Origin: Octopus vulgaris
Taxonomy: Eukaryota
Assembly (NCBI GenBank): GCA_951406725.2
Contig: OX597819.1
Coordinates: 73,718,001 to 73,782,000, forward strand
Reading direction: 5' to 3'
DNA: 64,000 nt
Shown here one piece after another: positions 14,573 to 27,543 of the stretch (position 1 is its first letter; every line of letters starts with the position of its first letter). Below the pieces are notes generated by a model. It was given only the letters and a program-made list of their open reading frames with translations, was not told the origin of the DNA and did no database searches. The position numbers and the translations under genes were made by a program.

Positions 14573-15085
14573 CCGTAAATCCTCGAGTATAGTCCGCCCT
14601 TGAGTACAATACGCAGGGGATTTTTAGGGGGCTGTACCTCTGAAAAACCTAAATCTTGTGTATAATACGCACCCCTTCTCTAACTCGAGTCAAAGAGGTC
14701 TATATAACGTCCTTGGTTTGTAAAAATGTATACGGTAACATCCTTTATTATTATTGTATATATAACATAATGCAAACGTGTAGCTTTTTTGTGCATTTTG
14801 TTTGCAGAAAATAAAGAAATAACAGTAATAACATTTAATAAATGTTGCTTACTGCAAGTTATGTATGATTTTTTTTATGACTTCATTGCTTTCGGGCTTA
14901 GCTTAAGGTTTTTACGCGCCCGACATCACAAAATGCGTCTGAATAAACATTGCTGGACAGCAAATAGAGACTTGGACATTGCTTAGAAAATAATTTTCAG
15001 TTTTAACCTTGTATATAGTACGCACTAGGGATTTTGACCTTTAAAATTTTGGAAAAAAATGCAGATTATACTCAAGGATTTACGG
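14573..15085. mobile_element. Tc1/mariner superfamily (Tc2/pogo-like) MITE
   Basis: TA on both sides; TIRs CCGTAAATCCTCGAGTATAGTCCGC / GCAGATTATACTCAAGGATTTACGG; subterminal GTATAATACGCA repeats; no ORF. Confidence 0.85.
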
Positions 15086-15883
15086 TATTAGCTTTATTCC
15101 TTCATAATGGTCATTTCAACAAAACACAGTTCATATTCATCATGAATAGAAACATGATTGTGCAATATTACAGCATGTGACCTCTCTTCATCTCATCAAA
15201 GATCAAAAAACAAAAAAAAGCAATACACTGTGTGTACATGTATATACATATGTAGGTGTGTGTGTGTGTTCTTTTACTCATTTACTTGTTTCAGTCATTT
15301 GACTGCGGCCATGCTGGAGCCCCACCTTTAGTTGAGCAAATCGACCCCAGGACTTATTCTTTGTAAGCCTAGTACTTATTTTATCAGTCTATTTTGCCAA
15401 ACCACTAAGTTACGAGGATGTAAACACACCAACAGCGGTTGTCAAGCGATGGTGGGGGACAAAGACACACAAACATATACATGTCGCCTTACTGGCACTT
15501 GTGCCCGTGCTAGTTGGGTGCCAAGAGCACCATCCGAGTGTGATCATTGCCAGAGCAGCCAACTGGCTTCCGTGCTAGTGGCACGTAAAAGGGCACCATT
15601 CGAGTGTGATCGTTCACAACGTCGCCTTACTGGCACCTGTGCTGGTGACATGTGTAAAAAGATTCGAGCGAGGTCGTTGCCAGTACCGCCTGACTGGCCC
15701 TCGTGCCGGTGGCACGTAAAAGGCACCCACTACACTCTTGGAGTGGTTGGCGTTAGGAAGGGAATCCAGCTGTAGAAACTGTGCCAAATCAAGATTGGAG
15801 CCTGGTGCAGCCATCTGGTTCGCCAGCCCTCAGTCAAAATCGTCCAAACCATGCTAGCATGGAAAGCGGACGTTAAACGGTGA

Positions 15884-15920
<37 letters not shown>

Positions 15921-18501
15921 CACACATACGACAGGCTTCTTTCAGTTTCTGTCTTCCAAATTCACTCACAAGGCTTTGGTCAGCCTGAGGCTATAGTAGA
16001 AGACACTTGCCCAAGGTGCCACGCAGTGGGACTGAACCTGGTACCATGTGGTTGGTAAGCAAGCTACTTACCACACAGCCACTCCTGCACCTATATTATC
16101 CAAAATGTATAGTATTAAATATCTATCGCAGCTGATCTTAGCAATCGGTTTCACATAAAGAATGATTATATAACTCCATTGTATTGTTTACGTGAAGCCC
16201 AGCCATGATGGATATTTAACACTATACATTTCAGATAAGATACCCACTCTACTAACAGATATATGAATGCATCTTTTCCTTGACTTATGGCATCCTAGAT
16301 GGCTCTGTATATACATATGTATATATATATATATATATATATCACGTGACTGACCAGACCATCAGATGTTGCTACACATCGCTGGTCACAATGTGTTCGC
16401 ATTGTTTTAGCCTTCAAACGTCGCCACCCCGCTGGCTAAGTGGGCAGGCCATATATATATATATATATATATATAGTAGACAGAATAGAGGGTTATATAT
16501 ACATTTATTTATTTTATTATAGGCTTTTACAGCTGTTTCAAATGTGTATTTTGATGCATTCATGATTTAGTTTTATCAGTTGATCAACTGAAAGTATAAG
16601 GAATGGCCCTCATAATGATTGTCTTTACAGCCAAAACAAATCAACTGCCCTCCCCTCCACACACACACACACACACACACACCATTCTATACCTGATTCA
16701 TTCAAGGGGTCTTGTCTTGCGGTTACTAATTTTTGCTCTCACCTGTGTTGGTGCCATGTAAAAAGCACCCAGTACACTCTGTGAAGTGGTGGACTTTAGG
16801 AATGGGCACCCAGCTATAGAAACCGTACCAAAGCTGACATAGAACCTGGCACAGCCCTCTGGTTTGTCCATGTTGAACCGACCAACTCATGCCAGCGGGG
16901 AAAAAAGGACGTGAAATTATAATGCTTCTGGCACATACACGCACACAGACATCAACACATTAAAATGTATGCTGCAAAATGCAACACATTACAACTGAAA
17001 GAAGCCTGTTGTGTGTATATTTGTGTCGGTGTTAGTCCCCTACCATCACTTGACAACTGGTGTTGGCTTTTGTTTGATCTCCATCTAATGTAGCAGTTCA
17101 GCAAGAGAATAAGAATCAGGCTTTAAAAAGTTAAGCACTCTGGTTGATTTATTCAACTAAAGAAAAAAAGAATTCTTCAAAGCAGTGCCATCTTCTGATC
17201 CCTGAAACAAGTAAAAGCCAAAAGATAGAAAAGATTGTAAGTGCCGATGGGTTAGTGCACAGGATCTCAGCCACCTCATAGGAACAGACACAGAAAATTT
17301 AGCCAGTATATAACATACAAATGTTTCAGTAAGCTGACTGCTGTTATTACATAAGTCAGTTGGGCCTATTATGCAACACAATATACTCAGCAAACTACCA
17401 TCACCATCTAATGTCCCTTTTTCTATGCTGGCGTGGTGTGGTGGACAGTGAGCCAGAGGATTCCAGTGCCTGCTTTGGTATAGTTTCTGTTGTTGCATGC
17501 TCTTCTTAATACCAAGCACGTAAGCATACCAGATGCTTTTATCATGGCACTGGCTCTAGTGAGATCACCACGTAACTTATTTGACAAAGTCCCTCAACAG
17601 TTGGGTGAAGTGTCATATTGAGGGAAGTGGTTTTGTACCAGATGTTATGAAGCTAGGGTATGATAAAGGGTTAGAGACAAGTGTTCTGTTTTAGAGGAAA
17701 TACATGGTCACAGGAAAGGGAGAGAGGATGACAATGATGAAATATCAGGGCATAACCTGAAAGTACAAGACTGTTGATAAAACGGGAATTGAGATAGAGA
17801 ATCAATGATGGCTTGATGGATAGGTTTGTGAGAGTGTGAAAGTTGGATGACAGACAGAAACAGGGATAAAATAGTTATGAGGATGATGAGTTCTGAGTTG
17901 TTGGCAGCACCAGAGTAAGTTTTAATTACATTGAAAATGGAAACCCCAGAAACATTTTGATGAACACAGCTCTTAAATGAAGGACAGGGATTATGTTCAT
18001 ATTTTCTGGAAGTTCTTTCTTTCATTTAAAACGGATAAAATCCCTTTGTACTTAATTCCTCTAAGAGTTGTTATCCAATCTCATAATTCTGTTATTTTAC
18101 TGGGGCATCAATGAATATTGATTGTGAATACATTTGATTGGTCATTACTGGGCCTTCTCCAGTGTTGCAAAATGCTTTATTTTACAGTATTTATGCTGTT
18201 TTACAACTGTAAACTCTGTTGTCCTCTGGTAACTACTTAGAGCAGCTAGGGTGAACTGAGCAATTGAGAGTGAAATATATTCTAACATTAAATGATCAGT
18301 GTGTTAACAATGTCTGTTTCATGCCTAAAATGTAATTGATTCTTATATATAATATTATAGAACATATCAGATTTATTAGTCAACTTTGTGTGTTATAATG
18401 AATGTGATGAATATAAACAATGTCTTGATATATAGATATGTTTACAGATAGAAAAAAAGGTGACCAGTGAATATACAGGTTTCAGTCCTGATCAGGATCA
18501 T

Positions 18502-18697
18502 AGGCAGCAGGTGTGCACCTTCTTTAACTATCCACAAACACTGCTTACAGACCCTATAATATTACAGGTTGAGGTAAATTGCAGATAGGTTTACACATTT
18601 AACCCTTGATCTATCCAGTTTACTTCAGCCTCTAATATCATTGGGCGTTGTATCAGTGTGTTTGGGGATAGTTAAACAGAGTGCACAGTTGCTTCCA
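18502..18697. repeat. Diverged ~85-bp inverted repeat
   Basis: tgtgcac...tttaactatccacaaacac...caggttgaggtaaa vs tttacttcagcct...gtgtgtttggggatagttaaa...gtgcaca. Confidence 0.7.
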
Positions 18698-20518
18698 CTT
18701 TTTTACCCCATTTATAGACATATGGATAAAGACATATTCATCATAATACACAGTTTTGATTAATAAATCTATAGATATATTCTGTAGTAATTAATAAATA
18801 TCTTCTATACAATGTAATTGTAATGACAATATATAAACCTTAATATACAAATCATAAGCTTGTCAGTTGATTGTCTGATACCCTGTTTGCTCAGCCACTC
18901 CACCCCTTTTTTTTTCTCCTGTGTACTGCAGTTAATAATCTAACAAACATTAAATAAATCAGACTGAAACAAAACACAATTTCTGCTATAGGTGTAAGGG
19001 AGAGACTCCATCTGATTAAATCGTAAGACAGTTGTTGTAGTTAGTTGTTTCCAAATGAGAGTCCTAATTGAGAGGAGATCAAGTATGTTCCAGCTGTGGC
19101 CATCATGTCTTATTTTGTTTGGCATTTTATATATAGACCTTGTGATCAGGCAGAATCATTTTTTTGTCAGACAAAACACTGACAATTTTTTCTCACTCTT
19201 CTTGTTCCGAGTTTAAATTCCATTGATGTCGGCTTGACCCCTTCATCTTTCCAAGGTCAATAAAATAATCATCAGTTGAATTCTAGTGTCCTTGTTATCA
19301 ACTTATTCCCCCCCACACACACACACACACTAAAATTGCTAGCCAAAATTTGAGCCCACTGTGTACCTAAGACTACACTGTTTTGTGTGTCCTTTTGGCT
19401 TTTAAGACAGTTGAGTGTGATTTGAGAGAAGTTTGGCTGCTGCTTCCAGCAAATCAAATGGCTATGCAGAGGCTGTCATCTTATTGATTTTTGTTTTTAT
19501 TATTATCATTGATCTGTGTGGTTAATAAAGAATTATTATCATTATTATTCTTTCAACAGATTAAATTGTTGGAAAAGAAAAGAATCCTAACATCAGGTTA
19601 CAAGTAGCCTTAGATGTCAAGAACTCCCCTATTGGGGTACAGCAAATAACCTTAGATGCCAAGAACCCTCCTAAGTATCCTAGCTGTCCCTAATAACACT
19701 GTTTTCTGCAGCTGTACTAAACTGGTTTTTATACCGCTTTCCTCTGTTCAGATCTTTAGGGATAGTTCCCAATGCGCCTATAAGTACTGGGATACATTTT
19801 ACCGACACTTTCCATTGTCTCTGTAATTTAATGGGTAGGTCCTGGTACTTTGCTATTTTTTCTATACTTATTATTATTATTGGTTAATTTTGGCCAAGCA
19901 GATCTATGTCTTAGACAGGGATCCATCAAAACTCTATTCATCAACTCAGCTAATCAGATATGTTGCCCTTGTTTTAACTGTTTTGATTCAACATGTCAGC
20001 TGATAGTGTCTCTGCTTAACTCTTATGTACCTAGATCATGCAACAAAAGTACCTAGATCATCTAACAAGAATTTATACTCTATTTATATTTGTCAAATCC
20101 CTGCGGTAGCTATTTTCAAAACTTTACCACTTGACTAATTAATTGGTTTAATTGATCTATCTTTCTGAATTGGTAAAAGCAAAAAACCTGAAGATGAGAA
20201 ATTATTTGACTGTGTTTCTAGGGAGAAATAGATAGTTCAGTCTACTAACTGTCAGGAATGTATACCATTCTTCAGAGAAGAAAATATCAGAAGAGCTAAT
20301 CAAAAGACCTTTTTTTTTCACACTAATGAGTGGGCTATCTTTATCAATTATCATTTCATTGCGTATCTTTCTTAATCATTGTTACTATAACGATTCAAAC
20401 ATGTTTTTGTCATTATTTACGATAAAATAGTTAAAAAAAAAAAAAAATTGAGAGCCTGTCAATGTTTTGCTTCATATAACTAATGTCTTTCTCTTCTTTT
20501 TTTTTTCTACTTTTCTAG

Positions 20519-20540
20519 AAACCAGTAGAACCTTCCAAAA
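20519..20540 (+). CDS. 22-nt microexon of the same + strand gene (KPVEPSK + phase 1)
   Basis: CTAAT branch, long polypyrimidine tract, TAG acceptor, GTGAGT donor; supplies the phase 0-to-1 change needed to join 11311 to 35501. Confidence 0.8.
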
Positions 20541-21376
20541 GTGAGTTAACCACTTTACTTTCTATTTTCTTTATGAATATTAGCACCATTCACCCATTTT
20601 CTCTGTCCACTATTCATGTGAGGGTTGTTGAGGGTAGAGTCCTCCTTCTCTATAGGGTTCTTTCAGAAGCAACCCTCATTACACTTTTGGTTGGATTCTC
20701 CAGTGTAACTAACTGAGACTATGGACATTCTTATCCAGTCGTTTCATTCTTGGTTTCCCTAAGTCTCCTGTAGATTGACTTGGCTTAAAGAATCCACCTT
20801 GTTCTTTCTTGAGATGTTTTAATCCATAGTACCAGACCTGTGACCTCTCAATGCAGAGCAGCAGTGGCTCCACCTGGAGAGACTGTCTGACCTCTGTTCC
20901 ACCCATTGGTCCTCTCAAAAATGTCTTCCAATACTCTCTGCATGTTAGTAGAACAACACTAATACAAGTGGAGAAGTTTTAGTTATCCAGTGAGCCATGA
21001 GTGGCAGGAAGCAGGAAGCTGAATTGTAGTTGTGTGCCAGCTTCAGCATTTAGTTCTCAGAAGAGAAGAAATTGGTGAAAAAAAAAAAAGCCAAACTTAT
21101 CTTCAATTCAGTTGTTGTGCCTGTCCTCACATGTGGCCACAAATGTGTATTTACACCATAGATAATAACAAAAAAGAATTTAACATTCATAAATGTTTGT
21201 GTGTATACTCTCAATATTGTGTGATTTCAGATTCTAATTTCCAATCATGCTTCATAGTGTGAGATAATTACCTTCCTTTGTAATAAGGACCATCCAGAGG
21301 CCACCACTCATGCATCAGATGTCCTTCAAAAGGCTAGCTATATCACATCTATGGTTGAAATATGAAAATGTCTCCA

Positions 21377-22545
21377 TTGGGGTGTTCGGGAAGTAATTGC
21401 ATTTCTTCACCGCTATGAAATATGAATCAACCAGTCATGTCAGAGCCAAGGTCAAATGGGTGGGAACTGTCAAAAAATCATATAACATCTCTTCTATCCG
21501 GCAGTGTTCCATTCATAGCCACTTCAGTAATTAACCCCATGGAGGATAAGAACTTTATGAAACAACATACTTGACATTGGTTATTGTATGAGTTTTGAAA
21601 GAAAAGTACTACAGAAGCAGTGAAAAACATTTATGTATCTGGATGGAGACTGTGACATATCCAGCAAGCTCTGAAAGACAACCCACTCTGAATGAAGACC
21701 TTTTCAATGAGACTGTTGGATCAGATACTTGTCAAAGCACCAGAGATTTGGTGCAAAAGTTTAATATGTCATGTTCAACTATCCACAAATATCTCAAGCA
21801 AATTGGAAAAAACCTACAAAGAGGGAATTTGGGTTCCATATGAACTTATGTTTGAGAACTAAACACAATATTCCACCATCTGCAGCAGTCTTCTAACCAA
21901 GAATAACAACCTGTTAATTTCTGCAGTGCATTGTTGCAGGTGATGAAAAATGGATTTTACATCACAACAGAAAGCAGAAAAGACAATGGTTATCATGAGA
22001 GGCCAATGCCAACGCCATCCACACGAACCCATGCTCTGTGTTTGGTGGAACATGAAAGGTATTGTCCATTACAAGCTTCTAGAACATGGAAGGACCATCA
22101 ATGCCGATGTCTATTGCCAACAACTTGATTGTGTGAATGAAAAATTATGTCAAAAGCAGCCAGCTTTGGTAAACAGAAAACATGTTATTCTCCAGCATAA
22201 CAATGCATGGCCACTCTCTTCAAAACAAACCCAAGGAAAAATAAAATCATTAGGATGGGAAGTTCTTCCACATCCTCCATACTCATCTGACTTAGCACCT
22301 ATGGATTTCCATCTCTTCTTATCACTGGAACATTTTATAAAAGGCAAAACATTCAGAAATGGAGAGGAAGTTAAAAACAGTCTTTCAGATATTTTTCAGG
22401 AAAAGAAATAGGTGTCTTGGAAGATCATCATCATCACCACCGTGGCATAAAAATGTTATTTTCTTGTTGGACTGCAGTCATTGAAAATTATAGTGATTAC
22501 ATTCTTGATTAAAACTATTCAGATAAATGTAAACACCCCCTAATA
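21377..22545 (+). mobile_element. Decayed mariner (D,D34D) DNA transposon
   Basis: Frameshifted transposase motifs GDEKWI, LCVWWNMKG, ILQHNNA (D to N), HPPYSSDLAPMDFHLF; 5' TIR-like attggggtgtt...aagtaattgc and partial 3' TIR aacaccccctaat. Confidence 0.9.
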
Positions 22546-23129
22546 TAACTTGATATATTGTTTAAAAACTAGTTGGGGTGTGTTTAAATGAATTGTAGCC
22601 TAGAAATATAAAAGGCAGTATCAGATTATGTGAAATTTAAACTCTGAAATTTGAAGGACAAAGTTAATACTCTGTTGTTTTTGCTGTGACTCACCTTAGT
22701 TTTCAACAGTAACTGCATGGTGTGTTTATGGTAACTGGATGGGTGACAGTTAAACATTAGCTCCACGAAGGTGCTATTACTCTCTGCCTAACTTTATTGG
22801 TACCAAAGCAATGGTCATGTAAAATATGGGAGGTTTCCCTTGCCACATACTACAGTTTTGTACTGTTTGTTATTGCCATCTCAAATACGGTAACAATTCC
22901 TTACATAGGTGCCAAACTCTTTGGTTGAATTAATACAGGAGTTGAGTCGAACTGGTATTTCAGTGACTCCAATGGGATGGAAAGTAATGTCAGTTGAAGC
23001 AAAATGTTTACCTTAGATTATTTAATAATGATAATCAAGATTTCTCGTTAGGGACTTGGCCACAAATTTGCAAGGGTGGACACAGTCAACATCTCCCCAA
23101 GGCTTGATTTATCCTTTAGTATTCACATT

Positions 23130-23689
23130 ACGGGATTCAATCAGTGTCAGAACTGTTACTATGGTAATGAAGCTAAAATACACAAAGTGAAGCCACTTGG
23201 CACACTTTGAGTTTGAACTCTGTTATGCATGCACACCAAGTTATATTGTTCTCATTCACTTTTGTTATTTGTAGCAGTGCTTGGCAGTAAAGTGTGTAGA
23301 GTATGGTCATCTCAAAAAGAAGATAGGGATTCAGCTGTGCAGGATCTCCTTGTGTCAAGGAAGGTGGAAACTCTTTGAAAATGGTCATAGCAGATGATGA
23401 ATTGTGGGTCTATGGCTAGGATCCTGAAACCATGGCTCAGTCTTTGCAGTGGAAGACCCCAACAAGACTTCAAGACATTGAGGAAATCCAAGAGAATGTG
23501 ACAAGGCAGCTGCTCACTGTCCCAAATAAAGGAGTTCCCGGAAGGCTTTCATAAATGGAAACGATCCTGGATAACATGTGTGGCTTTAGAAGGGGATTAC
23601 TTTGAAGGAGATTAAATGCCAGATTAATATGGGTTGTAGTTTTCGTTTTCTGGCACCAGTCCCCCAACAGTTTTCAATCAAACATTGTA
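23130..23689 (+). mobile_element. Internally deleted mariner relic (second family)
   Basis: Translates VIADDELWVYG*DPETMAQSLQWKTP (~23384-23461) and a GDYFEGD* C-terminus (~23592-23615); ends approximate. Confidence 0.75.
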
Positions 23690-24529
23690 CTCGGTCAAAA
23701 TCTAATGCTTCTTTATTCACATTGTTTCTAATTAATCATGCTTTGTCTCATAGCTTCGAGATTTCAGTATTTTTAGATTGACACTTTAGGGTAGGTGTGA
23801 GAGGCCAAATCTAGCTGCTTAGATAATAAAGCAGGTTGATTATTTGGGCTGAATTTGGCTGGTTTGAATGTTGAAAAGTTAATATAAGGTTGATTGCAAA
23901 TTACAACAATTTATCTCATTTGCTATTATTATCATGTTAAGAAGCATTAACTGAAATAAGATGAAGTATAACTTGTCATGGTGTCTGTAATATATTTTAT
24001 TTTGTGTTGCTTTAGCCCCTTCACCTTCACCTGGTGCAGTCTCATTACCTACCACACCTTTAGATCAAAAGACCAGTGGAAGAAGAGTATCAGGTGTGTG
24101 AAATTTCATTTTGTTTTTCCTTTTGAATCAGCACAACACACCTTTGCAAGCCATTGCAGACTGGTTATTGTGAACATTTATAGAATTGTTGTTGTGTGTA
24201 TGCTTTAATATCTCTTTCAGTGATTTCCAACGAAACATAACATATTCATGCTACCACATGTCTGTCCTCCAGGCAACCACATCAGCAGCTCCTTTTGATT
24301 TGCAGCCATTTGTATTCCATTTAGTTTGGATGGTTCATGCATGCATATTGTAATTGCTATTCCAACACCCGCAGCTGTCTGCAGAGCTAATCACCCATTA
24401 TGAATAGTTTTGGTCAGGGAAAGCCTAGCAGTTCACTATTTACGGCAGTGTGTGTGTGTGCATGCAAGCGCACATATATTGTTTAGGCATAGCAATGTTA
24501 ATAACCTGGTGTTAGAAACTCAGTGTAAA

Positions 24530-24990
24530 TTGAGTTGGCCAAAAGCCCATTCAGTTTTTGTCAGCACTAAACTTGAAGCTTTCTAATAAGTAGCTGACTT
24601 CAGTTTTGTCTTTTGTTGGGACCAATGCCAGACTGCATGCTTCTTTGCAGACATGGCAGCAGTTACTGGAGCTTAGCTGAGAAATTCTGCTCTGCTCTTT
24701 CATCTGGGCTGACCTTACACCTTCAGGTTTCCACCTGTTTCAGTCTCTTCAAAATTCATTAAATTGACAGATCTACAACTCTGAAGAGGGTGTAAAACTT
24801 TCCCTGGAAGAGTTACTCACTAGCAAACACTGGAAGTTCTTTGAGCAGAGGATAATGGATCCAGCCACAAGGTAGCAGAAGATACTGGAATGACACAGTA
24901 ATTATATCACTGAGTGAATAAATAACTTTCTGTTTCAAACTTGTCTTAATTTCACTTAAAAAATGAATGGACTTTGTGGCCAACCCAACA
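24530..24990 (+). mobile_element. Non-autonomous mariner derivative with TIRs
   Basis: ttgagttggccaaaagcccattca ... tgaatggactttgtggccaacccaa inverted ends; internal DLTPSGFHLFQSLQNSLN remnant. Confidence 0.78.
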
Positions 24991-26054
24991 TATATATACT
25001 TCAGAATAAAGCATCAGGGTAAGTACAGAGTGTTCTATGAAATTACATAGATGACAAGGGAACAGGAATTACATCATCAGGTTCATTAACTAACAAACTG
25101 TTTCTGCTATGAGATGCAGTGCATTCAGAGCAGGGTGCTTATGCAACATCTTATGGCTTTCTTAGAGCTTCTAAATTGAAGTTCATGTTAATTTGGAAAA
25201 ATATTTACATGTTATAATGTCTTTATTAATGTTTTCACAAATAAACATGTGCGCTTAATTATTCTGTACAGAAGCTGTTATTTTTAAATCATTCAAATTT
25301 GTTTTAAGTTTTTGAATGCATTTCCTAAGTTTTTTAAAACTTTGAATACATTCCTACTGTTTCACTTTATGTTCATCTAAATATATATATGCATCAATGT
25401 GTCTGTTATGCTTCTGCATTCTGCTGTGTAAATCTGTGTGTGTTTCTCTTCTTTTAAATGTGTTTTTATTCATATTCTTATGCATTTGTGTGGCTGGATG
25501 ATTGTCAGATAAATTTTTTTCCCATTTATTTTAATCCTTTATTTTTCAAGTTTTAATAAATCCATCAATAATGTATTCTCCTTCATAAATTAAGTAGCAG
25601 TTGCGTACTGGGGTCGATCTAGTCGACTGGCCCCCTCCCTGCAAATTTGTGCGTAGAGTAGAAAAGACTATATTCTCCTTCATGGTTCATGATTTCTTGC
25701 CAACATTCCTCTGGTTAGTTAAAGCATTGATGATATCTTACAATTGTTGATGAAAAATAAAGATTAAAATAAATGGAGAAAAAAAAACCCCAACAAACAA
25801 ACAGATCTGACACACATGCATAATAATTGCTGGTAGGGACACTGTTTTGTTTAGCAACCGTAATTTACCTCTAAGTAGATTAAACATTTACAAGTCAATA
25901 CTGTTTTCTAACTTTGTGTGTTAGCAGTGCAATTCAGTCGCTTTTAAATCATCTCTACAGAATTTCTATAGAATTTAGAGCCAGCACTGAAAGTTAAGAC
26001 ATATACGAATACGTCTATGTAAACAGTGAGATTAAAGATAGGAAAATAGATAAC

Positions 26055-26100
26055 AGGCGTATTTGCAGATTTCTGGAGTTATTGCTCTTTCTTCAGCAAC
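26055..26100 (-). ncRNA. Degenerate hammerhead motif at centre of inverted repeat ~25938-26251
   Basis: Minus strand CTGAAGA-AAGAG-CAATAA-CTCCA-GAAA-TCTGCAAA-TA; stem I poorly paired. Confidence 0.5.
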
Positions 26101-26548
26101 ACTTCCAACTCATTGACCAATTAACACCCATTACCTATTTTTCTTTCTTTGATTGCATCATTTATATAGATGTATTCGTATATGAAGCATCGTAACATTC
26201 AGTGGTGGCTCTAAATCCTATTGAAAATCTGTAGAGAAAGCCTTAAAAGTGAAGCTGCATGGCTCAGTGGTTAAGGTGTTGCACTCACGATTGTGGGTTC
26301 AATTCCCAGACTGGACTTTGCATTTTGTTCTTGAGCAAAGCACTTCATTTCACGTTGCTCTGTGATAATTTTGTCATCTGACATGTGGCACCCGTTGCAC
26401 CTGTACAGGTAATGTTGATCTGATGGAGGGAGTGAGCTTATGCCTACACAAACATTTGATCACTATAAACAAATCATGTGTGGTTGTTCAGTAAGAAATT
26501 GTTGAACCCTCATACATTGTCTAACGACAGGAGAGTCCATCATATATA

Positions 26549-26741
26549 TAAATAAGGTACTCAGAAATCTGGATGGTTTTATATTTACAGATTTTTATTA
26601 ATACTTCACATGTTTTTATAAATCATATATTAGCACTTGCATCTACTCTAGTAAGTGCTAATATATGATTTATAGAAACATGTGACATATTGATAAAAAT
26701 CTGTAAATATAAAACCATCCAGATTTCTGAGTACCTTATTT
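26549..26741. repeat. Near-perfect ~90-bp inverted repeat with short spacer
   Basis: aaataaggtactcagaaatctggatggttttatatttacagattttt... mirrored by ...aaaaatctgtaaatataaaaccatccagatttctgagtaccttattt. Confidence 0.9.
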
Positions 26742-27543
26742 CTTCTAATATATAATACCTGTACATCACCTCCAAACCTAATAAATATATATATATATGA
26801 TACATGTGTGTGTGTGTACGTTTTGAATAGTTGTATATGTATTTATGTATTTAGACCTTTTTGAACACTCAATAATTCCTTTCTCTTTATTTCAAATCTC
26901 GATCTCTCTTTATTCTCTTATAATTATCAGACATTCTCTCAAACTACAGTAAAGGTTATATCCTCACATTCACCTCTGCTCAGTATTTCCTATTAAACTC
27001 CACACCATATTCATTGGTGTTTTCTGATAACTTCATTTTTAAAGCTTTATTAATTTTAAAAAATTTATTTTCCCTTTTGCTTATTTCCTCAGCACCCCTC
27101 CCCCCTTAATGGCTTTAAAACATTTGCTTTCATCAATGTGTTTCTCATTGCTGTCAGTCTAATTATCATTATTGTGTGTGTGAAGAAGGTTTTGTAGGAA
27201 ATAAGGACCAAATCTCATAAGTTGCCACAATATGAAGTGGCACATCAAAATATTAGGCTATGGATAGATTGAAAATCTCTTGTAGACTGCCCCACCCCCA
27301 CTCAGTCTCCAGATGGAGAGAATGGTCGTCAAATGACGGCTGGCCTTGCTCTACAAGTAGCCTTATATGACATATCTTTGTTGTCAATGCAAAAATAAGT
27401 CTTTGAAGAATTGATCTAATTAACCATCTTGGGTTCATTATAGCTAGAGCCTGGCCAGCAGGAGATGTCTCTCCCCTCCCTACCACCTTACCAGTACTTT
27501 ATTTTTATAAAATGGTACCTTATGATGCATGCAAACTGCTTAA

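Noticed and set aside
20189-20220. Isolated CTGAAGA motifs (also ~33012, ~63793)
   Set aside because: No stem II, GAAA-stem III-UH or stem I complementarity, so not counted as hammerheads
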